Shown here: positions 1 through 8,501 of the stretch, piece by piece
How the letters are laid out: every line of letters begins with the position of its first letter
Position numbering within the stretch: the stretch's first letter is position 1
Source: Oscillospiraceae bacterium
GTDB lineage: Bacteria > Bacillota > Clostridia > Oscillospirales > Oscillospiraceae
Reading direction: 5' to 3'
Assembly: GCA_036653035.1 (NCBI GenBank)
Contig: JAVVUU010000001.1
Location: 3,524-67,523 of the forward strand
DNA length: 64,000 nucleotides
Notes under the pieces: generated by a model
The model's input: only the letters and a program-made list of their open reading frames with translations
Told to the model about the DNA's origin: nothing
Databases searched by the model: none
Position numbers and translations under genes: made by a program

Positions 1-2
1 GA

Positions 3-1505
3 GGACGAAACAACATTTGCGTTGTTGGCGATGACGACCAGAGCATCTACAAATTCCGCGGTGCTACAATTGAAAACATTTTGAGCTTCGAGGGTCAATA
101 TAAAAATTCCCGCGTAATTCGGCTTGAGCAAAATTATCGCTCCATGAGCAACATTTTGAACGCGGCAAACGCCGTTATCCGCAACAACCAAGCGCGCAAG
201 GGCAAGGAGCTATGGACAGAAAAGGACAGCGGCGAGCCGCTAACCTTATACGTTTCTCAAAACGAAAGCGACGAGGCTCAATATGTCGCCACAAAAATAA
301 TGGACGGCTTTGCCGCCGGAATTAACTGGCGCGAAAATGCCGTGCTTTATCGCATGAACGCCCTGTCGAACAAGCTCGAATACGCCTTTAAGCGCAACGG
401 CATCCCTTACCGTATTGTCGGCGGCAACAAGTTTTTTGACCGCGCGGAAGTTAAAGATATTCTTGCCTACCTTTTTGTAATCTTAATCCCACAGGACGAT
501 TTGCGGCTTGTTCGTATCATAAACACCCCCGCAAGAGGACTTGGCGATAAAACCATCGAATCCGCCAGAGCAATTGCTGCCGAGCGCGGAATTCCGCTAT
601 ATGATGTAATCAAAAACGCTAACCAATATCCAGAGCTTGGCCGAACCGCCACTAAGCTTCGCGAATTTTCATTTATGCTGGATGAGCTTCGCGCCCTTGC
701 CGATACAACGCCCTTGGACGAGCTTTTTGACATTATTGTCGAAAAAACAGGCTATATCCGTGCGCTTCAGGCAAAGCCCTCGGATGAAAACACGGCGCGA
801 ATTGAAAACGTCGGAGAACTAAAATCAAACATCCTTACCTACATGAAAGACTCCGGCGACGCCGGCTTAGCAGGATTTTTAGACGAAATTGCTCTTTACA
901 CCGACCTTGACAGCTTGGATGCAAGCAGTGATTGCGTTGTAATGATGACAATGCACTCCGCCAAGGGACTTGAATTTGACAATGTATTTATAGTTGGAGT
1001 TGAGGAAGGCATTTTTCCCGGCATCCGCAGCATTGGCGAGCAAGAGGAGATGGAGGAGGAGCGCAGACTTTGCTACGTCGGCATTACCCGCGCAAAGAAA
1101 AAGCTAACTCTTACCTGCGCAAGACAGCGTATGCTTTTCGGAAGCACAAGTGCAAACAGCCCCTCGCGCTTCATCGACGAAATTCCGGACGAGTTTATTG
1201 AGCGCACAGAGGCGCGTCCAAGCTTTGAGTTTAGCATTGATGCTCCTCAGCACGCAAATTATGCACAGAACCGCAAGCCTGCAATACCTCAAAAAAAGGC
1301 TTCGCCTATCACGGCTCCCGCAATACCGCAGGTTGCCGCACCAAACTTTAAAGCAGGGGAGCACATCTCCCACAAAGCCTTTGGAGATGGCACCATTTCA
1401 AAAATGACACCTATGGGCGGAGATTTCCTCATTGAAATTGAATTTAGTGAGGGTACAAAACGCCTCATGCTCCGTGCCGCCGCACCGCATATGAAAAAAA
1501 TTTAA
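3..1505 (+). CDS. pcrA: ATP-dependent DNA helicase PcrA/UvrD, C-terminal ~500 aa (5' end cut by window edge)
   Basis: The frame is open from nt 3. Upstream of the tracked TTG it reads GRNNICVVGDDDQSIYKFRGATIENIL (SF1 helicase motif III). Downstream are LEQNYRS, MTMHSAKGLEFD and CYVGITRAKKKL, then a PcrA-type C-terminal tail. Confidence 0.95.
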   Translation, partial: GRNNICVVGDDDQSIYKFRGATIENILSFEGQYKNSRVIRLEQNYRSMSNILNAANAVIRNNQARKGKELWTEKDSGEPLTLYVSQNESDEAQYVATKIMDGFAAGINWRENAVLYRMNALSNKLEYAFKRNGIPYRIVGGNKFFDRAEVKDILAYLFVILIPQDDLRLVRIINTPARGLGDKTIESARAIAAERGIPLYDVIKNANQYPELGRTATKLREFSFMLDELRALADTTPLDELFDIIVEKTGYIRALQAKPSDENTARIENVGELKSNILTYMKDSGDAGLAGFLDEIALYTDLDSLDASSDCVVMMTMHSAKGLEFDNVFIVGVEEGIFPGIRSIGEQEEMEEERRLCYVGITRAKKKLTLTCARQRMLFGSTSANSPSRFIDEIPDEFIERTEARPSFEFSIDAPQHANYAQNRKPAIPQKKASPITAPAIPQVAAPNFKAGEHISHKAFGDGTISKMTPMGGDFLIEIEFSEGTKRLMLRAAAPHMKKI

Positions 1506-1574
1506 TAAAAATCCGCAAAGTCACAGAGCAACTCAAACTCTCGTCTGACGAAGTCCGGTAGAACAGGAAATTAT

Positions 1575-2507
1575 ATGGCACTTGATACAGAAAAGAAAAA
1601 CGCAATAAAGGGTCGTCTTGCCCTCATTTTAACAACGCTCATTTGGGGCACCTCCTTTGTGGTGCTAAAAAACACCTTGGACGTTATGCCAACGCTTTAC
1701 GTTCTTGCTTTCCGCTTTTCGGGAGCTGCAATTCTAATGTTCTTTATCGGATTTAAACACTTGAAAAAGCTTGACAGTGGCTATTTTATCGGCGGCGCGG
1801 TTTTGGGCGTGTTTTTGTTTATCGCATATGCGCTTCAAACCTTTGGACTGAACTTTACAACGCCGGGGAAAAACGCTTTTTTAACAACCACCTATTGTGT
1901 AATCGTTCCTTTTTTGTACTGGGCATACATGAAAAAGCGCCCCGACGGCTACAACATTTCCGCCGCCGTGATTTGCCTAATCGGAGTTGGATTTGTTTCT
2001 CTGCAAGCTGATCTCTCCGTCAACATTGGTGACCTTCTAACCTTGGCTTGCGGCTTATTTTACGCACTGCACATTGTAATGACGGGAAAATATGTTGAGG
2101 GTCGCAGCGTCGTCCTCCTAACTATGATTCAGTTTGCCGTTGCCGGTGCGCTTGCGTGGATTTTCGCTCTCCTAACCGACCCGTTCCCGACAAACATTTC
2201 ACTTAATGTTGTTTGGAGCATAGCCTACATGAGCATTATGTGTACGGCAGTGTGCTTTGTCCTCCAAACCTATGGTCAAAAAACCACACCGCCATCCTCC
2301 GTTGCTGTCATTATGACCTTGGAATCTGTTTTTGGGGTAATAATTTCAATCATCTTCTACGGCGAAATTCTAAATTTACAGCTTGTTGTCGGCTTTGTAC
2401 TCATATTTGCCGCTGTTCTCATTTCCGAAACCAAGCTTTCATTTTTACGCCGCACAAAATCCGCAGAGCCTGTCACGGGATGTATAAGTGACACCGGAAA
2501 AATGTAA
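1575..2507 (+). CDS. EamA/DMT-family membrane transporter
   Basis: 310 aa with about 10 hydrophobic helices arranged as two EamA-like repeats (LTTLIWGTSFVVLKNTL; LTLACGLFYALHIVMTGKY). A terminator follows the gene. Confidence 0.8.
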   Translation: MALDTEKKNAIKGRLALILTTLIWGTSFVVLKNTLDVMPTLYVLAFRFSGAAILMFFIGFKHLKKLDSGYFIGGAVLGVFLFIAYALQTFGLNFTTPGKNAFLTTTYCVIVPFLYWAYMKKRPDGYNISAAVICLIGVGFVSLQADLSVNIGDLLTLACGLFYALHIVMTGKYVEGRSVVLLTMIQFAVAGALAWIFALLTDPFPTNISLNVVWSIAYMSIMCTAVCFVLQTYGQKTTPPSSVAVIMTLESVFGVIISIIFYGEILNLQLVVGFVLIFAAVLISETKLSFLRRTKSAEPVTGCISDTGKM

Positions 2508-2520
2508 ATATATACCATTA

Positions 2521-2564
2521 AAAAATACAACTGTTGCAGTGCTTTGCAATAGTTGTATTTTTTT
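2521..2564 (+). terminator. intrinsic terminator after the EamA gene
   Basis: The arm aaaaatacaactgttgca pairs with ttgcaatagttgtattttt (one G:T) and is followed by a T-run. Confidence 0.75.
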
Positions 2565-2661
2565 AGCTTCTCCAATTTATGGATATTAATTAATAATTGC
2601 ATAAAATTACAAAGCAATAATAGACATCTTAGAAATAATAGTCTAATTTACACAAAATCAA

Positions 2662-2690
2662 TTGAAATTTGTGGAAATGCTTGTTATAAT
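2662..2690 (+). promoter_or_regulatory. predicted sigma-70-type promoter of the REC-GGDEF-EAL gene
   Basis: TTGAAA, 17-nt spacer, TATAAT. It ends about 48 nt upstream of the ATG at 2739. Confidence 0.55.
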
Positions 2691-2738
2691 AACATATAGT
2701 CTGTAATTTATAACATACTTGGGAGGATTAAAACCACC

Positions 2739-5700
2739 ATGGCAATGTTGCGAAAAATACTTGTAGTTGACGACAGCGCGGTTAATAGACAAATTCTCTG
2801 CAAAATTTTGGACAATGACTATGAAACCACTCAGGCTGAAAACGGCAAACAGGCACTTGAAATATTGAACAAAAATCCTGAAAGCTTTTCCTTAGTGCTT
2901 TTGGATATTGTCATGCCAATAATGGACGGCTACGAATTCTTAAGGCAACGCAAGAAAAGTGTCGCCCTTTCCGATATACCTGTTATTGTAGCCACAAAAA
3001 TGGAAGGCGAGGAAGGTGAAGTTGAAGCCCTCGCAGGCGGAGCCTCCGATTATATATTAAAGCCATATAAGCCCGAAATCATAAAGCACCGAATTGCAAA
3101 TATCATTGAGCTTCGCGAAACATCCGTTTTTGCAAATACGATTGAGCGCGATATGCTAACGGGGCTTTACACAAAAGAGGCATTTTACGCCCGCGCCGCA
3201 GAGCTTATTTTTCGCAATCCAACTTCAAATTATGACATTATCTCACTTGATGTTGAAAACTTTAAGCTCGTAAACGACGCCTATGGCGAGGCGGAAGGAG
3301 ATAAGCTTCTTTGTTTTATTGCAGACCTCTTAAAACACATTATTCGTTCAACCTCCGGCTGCTCCGGTCGTTTAAGCGGTGATGTTTTTGCCGCAATAAT
3401 TCCTAGAAACGTCCTGAATTACGAAAAAGATTTAGTTGAATATTTTGCAAATGTTCTAAATAAATATCCGCTTAATCTCAGAATATCAATCAAACTGGGA
3501 ATATATCAGCCTGCGGATACCAACCTTTCCGTTCGCGCCTTATGTGATAGAGCAAAGATGGCAACCGAGTCAATTAAAGGAAAATATGGTATTTATCACG
3601 CCTACTACGATGAGGGCTTCGGCGGAAAAATTCAAGCTGAGCTGGAGATGGCTTCCCAAATGAAGTCGGCGCTCCTAAATGGAGATTTTAAGGTATATTG
3701 TCAGCCTAAATTTGATTTACTCACAGAAGAGCTGGTTGGTGCCGAGGCACTTGTAAGGTGGCAGCACCCCGAAAAAGGAATTATTCCGCCGGACGAGTTT
3801 ATTCCCTTTTTTGAGCGCAATGGTTTCATTGCTGACCTTGATATATATGTATGGGAGTGCACCTGCAAAAAACTCAGCGAATGGCTGGGCTCAGGGGGGA
3901 AACCCTTTCCGATTTCCGTCAATGTTTCGCGGGTGGACATATACAATCCAAACCTTCCAAAGCTTATGTTCAGCATTGCACGCAAATATCATATCAGCCC
4001 GGATTTGCTTCACATTGAAATTACGGAAACTGCCTATACAGAAAATCAGCAGCAGCTTATTCAAGCTGTAAACCAGTTTAAGCAATATGGCTTCATTATT
4101 GAAATGGACGATTTTGGCAGCGGATATTCATCACTTACAATGCTCAATGATGTGCCGGTTGACATTATAAAGATGGATATGAATTTCCTTAAAAGCAAAA
4201 ACACAATTAAAAAAGGCTCAAGTATTTTGGGCTTTATTATAAACCTTTCAAATGAGCTTAATTTGCCTGTTATTGCAGAGGGAATTGAAACTCTTGAGGA
4301 TTTAACATTTTTAAGGTCACTTGGCTGCCAATACGGTCAGGGATATTATTATTCAAAACCATTGCCGTTTCTCGAATTTTGCGAGCTTCTTGAGATCACA
4401 AAAATACAGGATTATTGCCCCTTTAAATCAGCAAGAACACTTTCTCCCATAAAAAGCGAAACGCACACAAACACACAGGAAGAGTTTTATGAATCCGTCT
4501 ACAATACCGTTCCGTGCGGAATTGCCGGCTTTACAATTTTGGAGCACAAGCTTATATCGTGCAACAGCTTTTTTGCAAAGCAGCTTGCTTATCCTGCGGG
4601 AAGTCTTCCAAACCCGTGTCTGCCACTCAAAAAAATTATTTCGGCACGCTCTCGCCGAGCGCTTTGTGCAGAGCTGAACAGACTTGAAAACGAACAATCC
4701 ACAGAAAATTCATCGGAGCGTTTTGTTGATGTGGAGCTAATTTGCAACGACCGAAGCAGACGTTGGGTTGTGGCCGCACCGCAAAGGATTTTTAGAAAGG
4801 GCACAGATATAATACAAATCGTGTTTTTCAATCTCACTTCAAATACCGCAGAAGCTCTTGACTATTGCGGACTGAAATCCATCATTGAGAATATTCCTTG
4901 CGGTGTTCTAAAATACCGCGTAGGTGGGCTTGGGGTTTTCGAATTTGCATCCGATAGCTTGTTCAAAATAATTGGATATTCACGAGATGAATTTTGCGAC
5001 AAATACTTCAACCGCCTTGAAAATTTTCTCTTTGAAATAGGCGCTCCGAGGGAATGTAACTGCATTTTCAATCAACTTGAAAATGGAATACCGGATTACC
5101 ACGATTACAATGTAATGACAAAATTCGGAGATAAACGTCGATTGTTTACTGTCACGCAGTCCGTAAGCGATGAAAACGGCTGTCACTGGCATTATGTAAT
5201 TGTAATTGACATCACAGATTTCAACAATTCTCGCGCTTCCGTTCGCACAATACAGGAAAAATATGAAAGCTTGTTTCCAAATTCGCAAAACATTATTTTT
5301 GAGCGAGATATGTCCTCCGGTAAAATTACCTGCACTGAAAACTTTAAGGAAAAGTTTGGTTATTGGCCCGGAGAGGGCGCGGCAGCTCAGGCGCTTGGCG
5401 GCTTTTTTATACATCCACACGACGGCAACCGCTTCAAGCTCTCTTATAGGCAGCTTGAAAACGGCGCAAGCTTTAGCGAATGTGATGTTCGTATGCGCTG
5501 TGCAAATGGAAAATATATCTGGTGCAAAATTTCTTCAACTGCAATACAGGATAGTATAGCCAAATCCCAAAAAATGGTTGGCGCTATTATCGACATCAAC
5601 AATCAGAAGCTTCTCATGGAGGAAGCCTGCACCGATTCTCTGACAGGGCTTCTTAACAGAAAACACTTTGAGCTTGAAATTAAAGCACTAATGAAAACGC

Positions 5701-6092
5701 GAAAAGGCGTTGGCGCCTTCATTATGATGGATATTGATGACTTCAAGCTGGTTAACGACCAAAAGGGTCACCGCGAGGGCGACATTATTTTGAAAAATGT
5801 TGCCGCCATCCTTAAAAAAGTTTTTAGGAAGGATGACCTCCTTGCTCGTATTGGAGGCGATGAATTTTCGGTATTTTCACCCGATATTCCAAGTAATGAC
5901 CTCCCGCTGATGTTACTTGAGCAAGTCAAACAGCTTTTGCGCGACAAGCTTGATATTACCTGTTCGTTTGGAATTGCGTTTTCTCCCGAATGCGGTTCTG
6001 AGTTTGAAACTCTTTACCAAAATGCCGATGCCGCTATGTATAAAATCAAAAATACGGTAAAGGACGGAACTTGTGTTTCGTGCGGGGAATAG
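2739..6092 (+). CDS. response-regulator receiver / degenerate GGDEF / EAL phosphodiesterase / PAS region / GGDEF diguanylate cyclase fusion protein (1117 aa)
   Basis: REC domain: VVDDS, LLDIVMP, ILKPY. First GGDEF-like domain reads SGDVF. EAL domain: EALVRW, VNVS, EITE, EMDDFGSGYSS, KMD, AEGIE, GQGYY. Second cyclase domain has RKDD-x5-GGDEF. GGGAGG RBS lies 12 nt upstream. Confidence 0.9.
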   Translation: MAMLRKILVVDDSAVNRQILCKILDNDYETTQAENGKQALEILNKNPESFSLVLLDIVMPIMDGYEFLRQRKKSVALSDIPVIVATKMEGEEGEVEALAGGASDYILKPYKPEIIKHRIANIIELRETSVFANTIERDMLTGLYTKEAFYARAAELIFRNPTSNYDIISLDVENFKLVNDAYGEAEGDKLLCFIADLLKHIIRSTSGCSGRLSGDVFAAIIPRNVLNYEKDLVEYFANVLNKYPLNLRISIKLGIYQPADTNLSVRALCDRAKMATESIKGKYGIYHAYYDEGFGGKIQAELEMASQMKSALLNGDFKVYCQPKFDLLTEELVGAEALVRWQHPEKGIIPPDEFIPFFERNGFIADLDIYVWECTCKKLSEWLGSGGKPFPISVNVSRVDIYNPNLPKLMFSIARKYHISPDLLHIEITETAYTENQQQLIQAVNQFKQYGFIIEMDDFGSGYSSLTMLNDVPVDIIKMDMNFLKSKNTIKKGSSILGFIINLSNELNLPVIAEGIETLEDLTFLRSLGCQYGQGYYYSKPLPFLEFCELLEITKIQDYCPFKSARTLSPIKSETHTNTQEEFYESVYNTVPCGIAGFTILEHKLISCNSFFAKQLAYPAGSLPNPCLPLKKIISARSRRALCAELNRLENEQSTENSSERFVDVELICNDRSRRWVVAAPQRIFRKGTDIIQIVFFNLTSNTAEALDYCGLKSIIENIPCGVLKYRVGGLGVFEFASDSLFKIIGYSRDEFCDKYFNRLENFLFEIGAPRECNCIFNQLENGIPDYHDYNVMTKFGDKRRLFTVTQSVSDENGCHWHYVIVIDITDFNNSRASVRTIQEKYESLFPNSQNIIFERDMSSGKITCTENFKEKFGYWPGEGAAAQALGGFFIHPHDGNRFKLSYRQLENGASFSECDVRMRCANGKYIWCKISSTAIQDSIAKSQKMVGAIIDINNQKLLMEEACTDSLTGLLNRKHFELEIKALMKTRKGVGAFIMMDIDDFKLVNDQKGHREGDIILKNVAAILKKVFRKDDLLARIGGDEFSVFSPDIPSNDLPLMLLEQVKQLLRDKLDITCSFGIAFSPECGSEFETLYQNADAAMYKIKNTVKDGTCVSCGE

Positions 6093-6176
6093 GGCATAAA
6101 ACAATATACCAAATCACATTATGTTGTATTTTTAACAAAATTATCGAACGTTTCGTAATATTTTCGTAACATTTAC

Positions 6177-6205
6177 TTTACACGACAAGAGCTTTGTGTT
6201 AGAAT
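6177..6205 (+). promoter_or_regulatory. predicted sigma-70-type promoter of oppA
   Basis: TTTACA, 17-nt spacer, TAGAAT, about 100 nt upstream of oppA. Confidence 0.5.
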
Positions 6206-6304
6206 TACTGCAATAGTTTTAAAATATTAAAGCTATGCTTAATAATTCTTTGTGTATCACGCCGAAAGGCGCTTACGATACAAAATTACTTTGGAGGTAA
6301 AATA

Positions 6305-8143
6305 ATGAACACGAAAAGACTTCTTGCTCTGCTCCTGTCCGTCATGATGCTTGTTGGCGTTATGGCCGGATGCGCCAAGAAACCTGCAGAATCACCCGCA
6401 CCCACTGCGGAAGGCTCTGCAAAGCCCGTTGCAAAAGATGGCCTCAACATGGCAGTTTGCCTTGCTTCCGAGCCTGAATCCATTGACCCCGCACTGAACC
6501 GTGCAGTTGATGGTGCCATGATGCTCAACCACTTCTTTGAGGGCCTCACCAAGTGGACCGATGATGGCAAAGGCAACGCAGTTCTTGCTCCGGGTCAAGC
6601 CGAAAGCAAGGAAAAAGTTGTCAATGACGACGGCACAGTTACTTACACTTTCAAAATGCGTAAGGACGCAAAGTGGAGCGACGGCGAGCCTGTAACAGCT
6701 AAAGACTTCGTTTACAGCTGGCAGCGCCTTGCAACTCCCGCAACCGCAGCCGCCTACAACTACATGATTGACATGGTTAAGGGCTATAAAGAAGTTGCAG
6801 TTGGCGAGCCTGTTCTAACAGCCGATGGCAAACAAGAATACGTCGATGGCGATGGCAAGCCCGTTGAAATCGCTCTTGACAAAGACGGCACCCCCATCGA
6901 CAAGGACGGCAAGCCTCTTGATGAGCTTCCCAAGGGCGTTAAGGAACACAGAACCTACGAGGACATCTCAAAGCTCGCAGTTTCTGCTCCCGACGACAGC
7001 ACCTTTGTTGTAACTCTTTCCAACGATTGCCCCTATTTCGAAGAAATTTGCGCATTCCCCGCAACCTTCCCCGTCCGCAAGGACATCATTGAGTCCGCCG
7101 GCGACCAGTGGACCTTTGACCCCGCAACCTATGTTTCAAACGGCGCTTACAAAATGAGCGAGTGGGTTCATAATGCCCATATCACCGGTGTTCAAAACGA
7201 CAACTACTATGACGTAAAGAACCTCGGACCCACCACCCTTACATTCCAGCTTATGGATGACGCACAGGCAATGTATTCCGCATTCAAGAGCGGCGACCTT
7301 CAGTTCACACTCGAAGTTCCCACCGACGAGATTTCAACACTTCTCGGCACCGGCGAGCTTAAAATCGTACCTTATGTAGGCACATATTATGTCTGCTTCC
7401 AGAACCAAAAGGCTCCGTTCGATAATCCCCTTGTCCGCGAGGCTTTCTCCCTTGTAATCGACCGCAACTACATTGTTGAAAAGGTTACACAGACAGGTCA
7501 GGTTCCTGCATCCGGCTTTGTTCCCAAGGGTGTTGAAGACCCCTCAGCAACCGAAGATTTCCGTACAGCCGGCGGCGACTATTATGATGTTACCCCCGAG
7601 CAGTACAAAGCAAACTGCGACAAGGCTCGCGAGCTTCTTGCACAGGCAGGATATCCCGAGGGCAAAGGCTTCCCCGCAGTTGAATACCTCTACAACACTC
7701 AGGAAGAGCATAAGGCCATTGGCGAAGCTCTCCAGCAGATGTGGCAGAAGGAGCTTGGTGTAGCAGTTTCCCTCAACAACCAAGACTGGGCAGTATTCCT
7801 CAAGACCCGTCAGGCAGGCGACTACCAAATCGCCCGTAACGGCTGGATTGCAGACTACAACGACCCCATCACCTTCCTTGATATGTGGCAGACCGGCAAC
7901 GGCAACAACGATGCTCAATATTCAGTTCCCGAATATGACGCAGCAATTGATGCCTGCAAGGCAACCGCAGATCCCGTTGAGCGCGCAAAGCAGCTCCACA
8001 TCGCCGAGGATAAGCTCATCGGTGAGGACAACGCTCTCGCACCCATCTATTTCTACACCCAAAAGTATATGCTTGATGACGCTATCAAGGGTATGTACTA
8101 CACCCCGCTTGGATATTTCTTCTTTGGTTATTGCACAAAGTAA
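6305..8143 (+). CDS. oppA: ABC transporter substrate-binding lipoprotein, family 5 (oligopeptide OppA-like)
   Basis: Signal peptide with lipobox (LVGVMAGC). 612 aa with OppA/DppA-type sequence throughout (e.g. KWSDGEPVTAKDFVYSWQR, YYVCFQNQKAPFDNPLVREAF, WIADYNDP). GGAGG RBS. Confidence 0.9.
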   Translation: MNTKRLLALLLSVMMLVGVMAGCAKKPAESPAPTAEGSAKPVAKDGLNMAVCLASEPESIDPALNRAVDGAMMLNHFFEGLTKWTDDGKGNAVLAPGQAESKEKVVNDDGTVTYTFKMRKDAKWSDGEPVTAKDFVYSWQRLATPATAAAYNYMIDMVKGYKEVAVGEPVLTADGKQEYVDGDGKPVEIALDKDGTPIDKDGKPLDELPKGVKEHRTYEDISKLAVSAPDDSTFVVTLSNDCPYFEEICAFPATFPVRKDIIESAGDQWTFDPATYVSNGAYKMSEWVHNAHITGVQNDNYYDVKNLGPTTLTFQLMDDAQAMYSAFKSGDLQFTLEVPTDEISTLLGTGELKIVPYVGTYYVCFQNQKAPFDNPLVREAFSLVIDRNYIVEKVTQTGQVPASGFVPKGVEDPSATEDFRTAGGDYYDVTPEQYKANCDKARELLAQAGYPEGKGFPAVEYLYNTQEEHKAIGEALQQMWQKELGVAVSLNNQDWAVFLKTRQAGDYQIARNGWIADYNDPITFLDMWQTGNGNNDAQYSVPEYDAAIDACKATADPVERAKQLHIAEDKLIGEDNALAPIYFYTQKYMLDDAIKGMYYTPLGYFFFGYCTK

Positions 8144-8176
8144 TCAAATTAAATTCCTAAATATTTCAATAAACAC

Positions 8177-8212
8177 AAAGAACCGTTCAATTTTGAACGG
8201 TTCTTTCTTTTG
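8177..8212 (+). terminator. intrinsic terminator after oppA
   Basis: aaagaaccgttcaa / ttgaacggttcttt stem followed by cttttg. Confidence 0.8.
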
Positions 8213-8501
8213 CATATAATCTCCACAGAACAAAGCAAAAACAGCCGAAAGTGATTGATACAACTGTGTTTTCGCTTTATTCAGCAGACATTATATAAAT
8301 GGTTAGAAATATTCATTTTTTTTGGTTGTATTTATGTATATATTTTCTTGTGTTATAGCGCTTTGTTTGGTATTATTGTACAAGGGAGTAGCTTTTTGAT
8401 GTGCTGTTCTTTAATTTGAAACTAAAATAATAAAACACCTGTCTATTATTGACAGTTATATAATAACGCGACTGACATTTAGCCGTGAGGGGGTAAAACC
8501 A

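Noticed and set aside
2616-2643. Direct repeat AATAATAG(A/T)C occurring twice upstream of the REC-GGDEF-EAL promoter
   Set aside because: The context is very AT-rich, where 10-nt near-repeats arise easily by chance. There is nothing else to support a binding site.
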